64,000 nt of DNA from Anaeromyxobacter sp. (GTDB lineage Bacteria; Myxococcota; Myxococcia; Myxococcales; Anaeromyxobacteraceae), in contig JASGJN010000006.1 in NCBI GenBank assembly GCA_049840735.1, positions 1 to 64,000 of the forward strand, read 5' to 3'. Positions 57,372-64,000 of the stretch are shown here, in pieces (position 1 is the stretch's first letter; each line of letters starts with the position of its first letter). The notes under the pieces were generated by a model that saw only the letters and a list, made by a program, of their open reading frames with translations, did not search any database and had not been told where the DNA came from. Position numbers and translations under genes: made by a program.

Positions 57372-58898
57372 TCAGCCCTCCACCGTGAACCCGGCCCGCT
57401 CCAGCATCCCCTTGAGCTCGGCCTTGCCCACCGCCTTCATCAGGGCCTCGCGGGGCTCGACCAGCTTGCGCTTCACCAGGTCGAGCAGGGCGTCGTTCAT
57501 CGTGCACATGCCCACCCCGCGCCCGGTCTGCATCACCGAGGGGATCTGGAACGTCTTCCCCTCGCGGATGAGGTTGGAGACGCCGCTGGTGCAGAGCAGG
57601 ATCTCCAGGGCCGCCGCCCGCCCGCCGCCGATCTTCTTGCAGAGGGTCTGGGTGATGACGCCCTTGAGCGACTCGGAGAGCATCATGCGGATCTGCGCCT
57701 GGCGGTCGGCCGGGAACTGGTCGATGATCCGGTCCACGGTGGACGGGGCCGTGTTGGTGTGCAGCGTCCCGAACACCAGGTGGCCGGTCTCGGCCGTCTC
57801 GATGGCGATGGCGATGGTCTCGAGGTCGCGCAGCTCGCCCACCAGCACGATGTCCGGGTCCTCGCGCAGGGCCGCCCGGAGCGCCGCCTTGAAGCCGCTG
57901 GTGTGCACCCCCACCTCGCGCTGGTTCACCAGGCAGCGCTGGTTGGTGTGCACGAACTCGATGGGATCCTCGATGGTGATGATGTGGTCGTCGCGCTTCT
58001 TGTTGACGTAGTCGATCATCGCCGCGAGCGTGGTGGACTTGCCCGAGCCGGTGGGCCCGGTCACCAGCACCAGCCCCTTCGTCAGCATGCAGAGGTCGAG
58101 CACCTGGGCGGACAGCCCCATGGCCTCGGCGGTCATGATCTTGCTGGGGATCTGGCGCAGCACGGCGCCGATGCCCTTGCGGTCGGCGAAGATGTTGACG
58201 CGGAAGCGCGCCGCCGAGGTCTCGTGGGCGAAGTCGGTGTCCTTGCGGGCGTGCCACTCCTCGCGGTTCTTCTCCGGCGCGATGGTCCAGAGCAGCTCCT
58301 TGAGCCGCTCGTGGGTGAGGGGGCCGTAGCTCGCCTCGGCCGTCATGTCGCCGTCCACGCGGAACATGGGCGGGCAGTCGGAGGAGAGGTGCAGGTCGGA
58401 GGCCCGGCGGGCCAGCATGGCCGTGAGCAGCGCGTCCAGCGCGCCGCGCGGGTCCTCCGGGTTGGGGATGGGCGAGGCGGTCGGGGCCGCGGCGGGTGCG
58501 GGAGTGGTGGCCGCGGCGGGTGCGGGAGTGGTGGCCGGGGCGGGCGCGGCGGCGGGCGCGGCCGGCGCGGGGGCCGCCGGGACGGCCGGGGCCGCCGCCG
58601 AGAGCGGCGTCACCACGGCCCGGGCCACGTCGCCGGAGATGTCCAGCCGGATCTCCACCGGGCCGCCGGGGGCGGCGTAGCGGAACGCGGAGAGGCCGGC
58701 GCGCGGGTAGCCGGCCTTCTGGTCGGCCGGGACGATCTCGCCGCAGGCGCTGACGATCTGGGCGGTGGTGAGCGGCTGGCGCAGCAGGGCCACGGGACCG
58801 CGGGCGGTGATGACGGTGGCGCCGGAGCCGGTCTCGAGCCGCAGCTCGCGGGCCGCCTCGGCGAAGAGCCGGTCGATGAACGGGTCGATGCGGGCCAT
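57372..58898 (-). CDS. pilT: Type IV pilus retraction ATPase PilT-family protein with extra N-terminal domain
   Basis: ASDLHL, GPTGSGKSTT, TIEDPIE, LREDPD, GELRD, GHLVFGTLHT, NLIRE. Confidence 0.92.
   Translation of the reverse strand: MARIDPFIDRLFAEAARELRLETGSGATVITARGPVALLRQPLTTAQIVSACGEIVPADQKAGYPRAGLSAFRYAAPGGPVEIRLDISGDVARAVVTPLSAAAPAVPAAPAPAAPAAAPAPATTPAPAAATTPAPAAAPTASPIPNPEDPRGALDALLTAMLARRASDLHLSSDCPPMFRVDGDMTAEASYGPLTHERLKELLWTIAPEKNREEWHARKDTDFAHETSAARFRVNIFADRKGIGAVLRQIPSKIMTAEAMGLSAQVLDLCMLTKGLVLVTGPTGSGKSTTLAAMIDYVNKKRDDHIITIEDPIEFVHTNQRCLVNQREVGVHTSGFKAALRAALREDPDIVLVGELRDLETIAIAIETAETGHLVFGTLHTNTAPSTVDRIIDQFPADRQAQIRMMLSESLKGVITQTLCKKIGGGRAAALEILLCTSGVSNLIREGKTFQIPSVMQTGRGVGMCTMNDALLDLVKRKLVEPREALMKAVGKAELKGMLERAGFTVEG
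58485..58532. repeat. 24-bp tandem duplication in the PilT linker
   Basis: GGCCGCGGCGGGTGCGGGAGTGGT twice, encoding TTPAPAAA twice. Confidence 0.85.
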
Positions 58899-58899
58899 G

Positions 58900-59370
58900 T
58901 CAGCGCGCCACCAGCGCCACGCGGGCCACGTGCCGCTTGCCGATCAGGGCCACCTGGTCGCCCTCGATCAGCGCGAAGAAGGGCGCGGGCTCGTTGAGGA
59001 AGTCGAGCAGGCGGGAGCGGTCCGGGGGCCGGAGGTAGCTCACCAGGCCGGCCAGCTGGGCGCCGTCGGCCAGGTGGACCTCCACCTCGTGCTCGGTGGG
59101 GAGGGTGAGGTCCTCGGGGTCGGTGGCCTCGGCCGAGGCCGGGACCCGCAGCAGGGCGATGGCGCCCCGGTGCAGGAAGGTCATGGTCTGGGCGTCCTCG
59201 TCGAAGGCCGGCAGGAACTCGTGCCGGTCGTTCAGGACGTCGCTGGGGCGCTCGGGGCCGGCGTGATCGAGCGCAGCTTCGGCCAGGAACAGCGCCACGC
59301 GGCGGACGGCGCCCCCGGCCAGGCGGACCTCGGCCGAGACACGGTGCTTGGGGATGCGCAGGGTTTCCAC
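58900..59370 (-). CDS. Small protein of two repeated beta-rich domains (DUF6812-like), adjacent to pilT
   Basis: Internal repeat ERPSDVLND..EFL / SRLLDFLNE..PFF; stop codon 1 nt before the pilT ATG. Confidence 0.75.
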   Translation of the reverse strand: METLRIPKHRVSAEVRLAGGAVRRVALFLAEAALDHAGPERPSDVLNDRHEFLPAFDEDAQTMTFLHRGAIALLRVPASAEATDPEDLTLPTEHEVEVHLADGAQLAGLVSYLRPPDRSRLLDFLNEPAPFFALIEGDQVALIGKRHVARVALVAR

Positions 59371-59541
59371 GATCGCACCGCCGGTGCAGGCCCCGTGCCG
59401 TGGGTCCGGGGCGGTCCAGGCCCGCCGGGCCAGCGGGTTGCGGCGGTCCCGGGCGCCGGGCCCGGGCCACCCGGGGTGGGGGTGAACCCCGTCCCCCTGG
59501 CGCCCGGGCTGGCTAGGGGGCAGAATCCCACCGCTCGCGCC

Positions 59542-60655
59542 ATGGCCCGCAACGTCCGCTACGACCTCTTCGGCGCCGTCATCGGCCTCGGCCTGCCCGT
59601 GCTCGGGTCGGCCCTGGAAGCCTGGCGCGTCCACCACGCGCTGACGCCGGGCGCGCTCTGGGACGTGCACCTCGACCAGCCGCTGCTCTGGATCATGGAC
59701 ACCACGCCGCTGGTGCTGGCGGTGCTGGGCCGGATCATCATGGTGCAGCACGAGACGGTGGTCCGGCAGAAGGACGAGCTCTACGCCAAGAGCCAGGAGA
59801 TCGTCCGGCTGGAGCAGGCCCGGCGCGAGAGCTTCGACCGGACCGCCCGCGAGGTCTTCCACGCCGCCCAGGGGCTCCTGGGCAACGTCTCCGAGTTCAC
59901 CAAGAGCACCGAGGAGACGGCGGCCACGGTCCGCGAGACCACCGCCACCATCAACCAGCTCTCGCAGGCCGCCACGGCCGCGGCCCTCACCGCCGAGACG
60001 GTGATCGGCCTGGCGCTGCAGGCCGAGCGGTCCAGCGAGCAGGGGCTGCGCCACGCCGAGAACTCCAGCGCCGAGCTGCTGCGCCTGGCCGACGAGGTCC
60101 AGCAGCTCTCGCAGGAAGATCGAGGGGCTCTCGGCGCAGATGGCGGAGGTGCTGGGGCTGGCCGGGGTGGTGGGCCGGGTGTCGGACTGGACCGAGCGCG
60201 TGGCGGACGAGGCCCACCGCGCCGCGGAGCAGTCGGGGCCGGCCAGCGGCGAGCTGCAGCGGATTGCCGCCGAGCTGCGGGGCCACGCCGACGAGACCCG
60301 CCGCACGGCGGCCCAGGCGCGCGACACGGCGGTGGAGGTCCAGCGGAACATGCAGGCCGCCACCACGGCCGCCCGCGCCGGCGGCGATCGGGCCTCCCAG
60401 GGCGCCCGGGTGGCGGCGCGCACCGGCGAGATCATCCGCGGGCTGTCGGTCTCCCTGCGCGAGTCCTCCCGGGCGGCCCGCGAGATCGCCCGGGTGGCCC
60501 AGCAGCAGGAGGGCGGGATCGAGCAGGTGCTCAAGGCCATGAACGAGATCAACCACGCCACCGCCGACACGGTCCGGTCCACCCAGCACGTCGAGAAGGA
60601 GGCCCGGTCGCTCAACGACCTGGCCGCGTCGCTGCGGGACGCCGTGAAGGCCTGA
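59542..60655 (+). CDS. MCP-like protein, two TM helices, highly degenerate signalling tip (frameshift near 60116)
   Basis: ETAATVRETTATINQL and QQEGGIEQVLKAMNEIN methylation-helix-like segments; paralog of 60874-61935. Confidence 0.8.
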
Positions 60656-60873
60656 CCCGCCGGGCCTGCCGCACGCACGCCTGCCTACCCGCCCGCCGGG
60701 CGCCGCGGGGGAGCACCGTCCCTCGCTCGCGGGGCCGACGCACGGTGCGGGGCCGCATACACTCGGGGTCACGCAGCGCGCCCACGAGGTGCGGGCAGGT
60801 GGGATGACGGAACTGGTCCGCGCCCCCGGCCTGATCCACAATCGCCTGGACCGCAGCGCCCGGAGCCCGAACC

Positions 60874-61935
60874 ATGACCCACCAGCAGAAGTACGCCTTG
60901 TACGGGGCCGCAGCCGGCTTCGCGTTCCCGATCCTCGGCACGGTGTTGGTGTCGCTCGAGCGCACCCACGGCGTGAGCCTGGAGGGCGTGCGCATCGCCT
61001 GGCAGACGCCGCTGCTCTGGCTGGTCGGGATCGTGCCCATCTTCCTGGCCGTGTTCGCCTGGATTGGCGGCCTGCGCCACGACGAGGCGGTGGCCAGCGA
61101 GGAGGCGCGGCGCGACGCGCTGCTGAAGACCGCCTCCGAGCTCTTCGCCGCGGCCCAGTCGCTCCTCTCGACCGTCTCCTCCTTCTCCTCCACCACCGCC
61201 GAGACGGCGGCCTCGGTCCGCGAGACCACCGCCACCATGGGCCAGCTGGGCCACACCGCCACCCAGGCGGCGCTCACGGCCGAGACGGTGATCGGACTGG
61301 CGCGCAAGGGCGAGCGGGTCTCGAAGGAGGGCCTCTCCACCGTGGAGACGAGCCTGGCCGAGATGATGAAGCTGGCCGACGAGGTGCGGGCCCTCTCGAA
61401 CAAGATCGAGGGGCTCAACACCCGCATGCGCGACATCTTCGAGATCGCCTCGGTGGTGAACTACATCGCCGACCGCTCGCAGCGGCTGGCCGACCACGCC
61501 GCCACCGAGGCGGCCAAGGCCGCGGTCCGCGGGTTCAACGACGTGGTGACCGAGATGCGCGCCCACGCCGACGACGCCAAGAAGGCCTCCTCGCAGGTGA
61601 AGGGGATCCTCTCCGAGGTGCACAAGGCCATGCTCTCGGCCATGACCGCGGCCGAGGTGGGCATCCGGCGCGCCGAGCAGGGCGCGCAGGTGGCCGCCGG
61701 CACAGGCGAGACCATCCGCAAGCTGGCCAACGCGCTGCAGGAGTCCTCGCAGGCGGCCAAGGAGATCGCCACCGTGGCCCAACAGCAGGACCACGGCATC
61801 GACCAGGTGCTCAAGGCGATGAACGAGATCTACCTGGCCACGCAGGAGACCATGTCCTCCACGCAGTCGGTGGCCACCGAGGCCAAGGCGCTGAACGACC
61901 TGGCCTCCGGGCTGAAGCGCGCCGTCGGGGCCTGA
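60874..61935 (+). CDS. MCP-like protein, two TM helices, degenerate signalling tip
   Basis: IADRSQRLADHAATEAAKAAVRGFNDVVTEMR; QQQDHGIDQVLKAMNEI. Confidence 0.85.
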   Translation: MTHQQKYALYGAAAGFAFPILGTVLVSLERTHGVSLEGVRIAWQTPLLWLVGIVPIFLAVFAWIGGLRHDEAVASEEARRDALLKTASELFAAAQSLLSTVSSFSSTTAETAASVRETTATMGQLGHTATQAALTAETVIGLARKGERVSKEGLSTVETSLAEMMKLADEVRALSNKIEGLNTRMRDIFEIASVVNYIADRSQRLADHAATEAAKAAVRGFNDVVTEMRAHADDAKKASSQVKGILSEVHKAMLSAMTAAEVGIRRAEQGAQVAAGTGETIRKLANALQESSQAAKEIATVAQQQDHGIDQVLKAMNEIYLATQETMSSTQSVATEAKALNDLASGLKRAVGA

Positions 61936-62009
61936 CCGTTCGGGCCGGCGGACCGCGGCCTTCGGGCGGCGCTCCGCCGCGCCAGCGACCGGGCGCGGAG
62001 TCGAAGGAC
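61936..62009. repeat. Dispersed palindromic element, copy 6 (degenerate)
   Basis: CCGTTCGGGC...GCGGAGTCGAAGGAC between convergent genes. Confidence 0.55.
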
Positions 62010-62022
62010 AGGGCAGGCCCCC

Positions 62023-62460
62023 TCACCGCCGCCGCTTCGCCGCCTCGAACAGCACCTCGGCCCGGCCGGTGGCGCCGTCGTGGCGCTCCACGTGCTCGGG
62101 GAGGACGCGCAGCAGGGCCACCTCGCCCGGCGCGGGGCCGCCGGGGAACCAGCGGGTCCAGGACGGATCCCACAGCTCGGCCATCAGCTTCTTGTCGCGG
62201 ATGACCTCGCCGGTGCCGGACACGGTGACGGTGGTGCCGGCCGAGGCGTCGAAGAAGACCAGCGCGCAGCGCGGGTCGGCGTCCAGCTCGCGGCACTTGG
62301 CCGAGTCGGGCGCGGTGGCGAACCAGATCTCCTCGCCACGCACCTCGTGGCGCATGGCCATGGGGCGGCAGCGCAGCGGGCCGCCCTCGGCGCAGGTGAC
62401 CAGGAGCGCGGTGCGGAAGCGGGAGAGGAGCGGGCCGAGGGCGCCGGGATCGGTGGGCAC
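62023..62460 (-). CDS. Pyridoxamine 5'-phosphate oxidase-like general stress protein
   Basis: RCRPM...IWFAT..SAK...VTVSG...ELW....WFPGG. Confidence 0.88.
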   Translation of the reverse strand: MPTDPGALGPLLSRFRTALLVTCAEGGPLRCRPMAMRHEVRGEEIWFATAPDSAKCRELDADPRCALVFFDASAGTTVTVSGTGEVIRDKKLMAELWDPSWTRWFPGGPAPGEVALLRVLPEHVERHDGATGRAEVLFEAAKRRR

Positions 62461-62468
62461 GGCGGGCC

Positions 62469-63113
62469 TCAGCGGTCGGTCCACTTCGTGTGCGCGAGCC
62501 AGGCGCGGACGGACGGGCGCTGGAAGACGCGCCCGGCGTACTCGGCCAGGCGCGCCGGGACCGGATCGCCGCCGTGGACCAGCCGCTGGAGCATCAGCGC
62601 CAGGTCGGCGTCGGCGATGCCGAACGCCTGGCCCGCCAGGTAGGGCTGGCCGGCGGGCAGGAAGCGGCCGGCGACCTGCACCAGGCGGTCGGCGGCGGCC
62701 TGGCCGGCGGCGGTGAAGGGCCTCGCGGCCGCGCCGGCGAAGAGGGTGTCGGTGGAGCGCTCCTCGCGGACCGGCATGGCGTCGCTGCGCACGAAGGCCT
62801 GCACCATGCGGGCGCGGGCCCGGGCCTGCGCGTCGCCGGGGTAGAGGCGGGCGTGGGCGGGCGGCGGGAAGGCCTCCTCGAGGTACTCGTCGATGGCGGA
62901 GGACTCGGCCAGCCAGAAGTCGCCGTGGCGCAGGGCGGGGATGCGGCCGGTGAAGGACGCGCCCTGGTACTCCGGGAGGTGGTGCTGCCCGGCGCGCAGG
63001 TCCACCTCGACCGTGCGGAAGGGCAGGCCCTTCTCGGTGAGCGCCACGAAGACGGAGAACGCGTAGGGGCTGGTCCAGCCGGTGTTGAGGTGCAGCAGGA
63101 GCTCGTCGGCCAT
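62469..63113 (-). CDS. yfcF: Glutathione S-transferase, YfcF-like
   Basis: SPYAFSVFVALTEKGLPF, ESSAIDEYL, ARMVQAFVRSD, REERST, IADADLALML. Confidence 0.85.
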   Translation of the reverse strand: MADELLLHLNTGWTSPYAFSVFVALTEKGLPFRTVEVDLRAGQHHLPEYQGASFTGRIPALRHGDFWLAESSAIDEYLEEAFPPPAHARLYPGDAQARARARMVQAFVRSDAMPVREERSTDTLFAGAAARPFTAAGQAAADRLVQVAGRFLPAGQPYLAGQAFGIADADLALMLQRLVHGGDPVPARLAEYAGRVFQRPSVRAWLAHTKWTDR

Positions 63114-63257
63114 GGATCGCTCTTACCGCCTGGCCGGGGCGGGCGCAACGCGGCGCGCGGGGCGTGGGCGCGCGGGCCTGGGACCCGTGACTGCGCGTCG
63201 CAGCCCGGCCCGCCGCGCCGGACGGGGTCACCGTCCGGCGGGCGGGAGGAGGCGTCG

Positions 63258-64000
63258 CTACGGGGTGGCGGGCGCGCCCGGGGCGGCCGGCGGCGGCGGC
63301 TTCACCTCGAGCAGCTCCACGTCGAAGGTGAGGACCGCGTTGCCGGGGATCATGGGCGGGGAGCCGCGCTCGCCGTAGGCGGTCTCGGACGGGCAGACGA
63401 TGCGCGCCTTGGCGCCGACCTTCAGCTTCTGGAAGGCCTGGCCCCAGCACGGGACCACGCGGTTGAGCGGGAACTCGGCCGGCTGGCCACGCGAGCGGGA
63501 GGAGTCGAAGACGCTGCCGTCCACCAGCGTGCCGACGTAGTGGACCTTGACGACGTCGGTCGCGCCGGGCGCCGCGCCGGTGCCGGCGGTCTGGGTGATC
63601 ACCACCACGCCGCTGGGGAGCTTCTCGGCCCCCTTCTCCTTGGCCGCCTTGTCCAGGTAGCTCGTGCCGCGGGCGGCCTCCTTCTTGGCGCCGGCCGCCT
63701 GGCGGGCGTTGACGAAGTCGCTCACCAGCTTGGCGTTGGCCTCGTTGCGCTCCAGCGCGTCCTTGCCGGAGGCGCCGCCGCGGATGCCGGCCAGGACCTT
63801 GTCCAGCTCGGGCGGCGAGAGCGCCAGCGGCTTCAGCGACTCGGCCACCGAGAGGCCGATGATGTTGAGCGCCTTCTCCTGGTCGGCCTTGGACTGCGGC
63901 GGAGCGGGCGGGGTGCCGGGCTGGGGGTTGGGGTTGCGGGAGCTGCTGAACGCGCTCAGCACCTTGAAGGTGGGCTCGTCGCGGGTCAGGGTCTGCTTGC
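63258..64000 (-). CDS. FKBP-type peptidyl-prolyl isomerase (5' end outside window)
   Basis: VKVHYVGTLVDGSVFDSS, AYG, IPGNAVLTFDVELL; frame open to the window edge. Confidence 0.93.
   Translation of the reverse strand, partial: KQTLTRDEPTFKVLSAFSSSRNPNPQPGTPPAPPQSKADQEKALNIIGLSVAESLKPLALSPPELDKVLAGIRGGASGKDALERNEANAKLVSDFVNARQAAGAKKEAARGTSYLDKAAKEKGAEKLPSGVVVITQTAGTGAAPGATDVVKVHYVGTLVDGSVFDSSRSRGQPAEFPLNRVVPCWGQAFQKLKVGAKARIVCPSETAYGERGSPPMIPGNAVLTFDVELLEVKPPPPAAPGAPATP

Overview
Very GC-rich (roughly 75%) bacterial chromosomal window. Gene content and protein sequences point to an Anaeromyxobacter-like member of Myxococcota (inference). It holds about 60 protein-coding genes: radA, bioB-bioF, a decayed HNH gene, an ECF sigma / Ser-Thr kinase-WD40 module, threonine ammonia-lyase, dnaE, marR-ilvE, alr, a tyrosine catabolic operon (FAH-family, maiA, hppD, hmgA), zwf, a DUF3516 helicase, and four MCP-like genes flanking an extended pilT. 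I recognised no rRNA, tRNA, CRISPR array or transposase. About a dozen genes carry single-base frameshifts, and most are repaired by GATTC/GAATC -> GATC, which suggests long-read errors at a modified GATC motif. Main non-obvious signals: (1) an identical bipartite motif (candidate ECF promoter) upstream of both the kinase-linked sigma gene and a 67-aa membrane-protein gene; (2) chemoreceptor-like proteins with progressively degenerate signalling tips around pilT and no cheA/cheW in the window; (3) a large protein with a split HPr domain; (4) a near-consensus Myxococcus LexA box before the HNH gene; (5) TANNNT boxes 6-8 nt before many start codons, suggesting leaderless mRNAs; (6) a dispersed palindromic repeat family and a repeat-like in-frame insert in dnaE. 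All family assignments come from motif recognition, not database searches.
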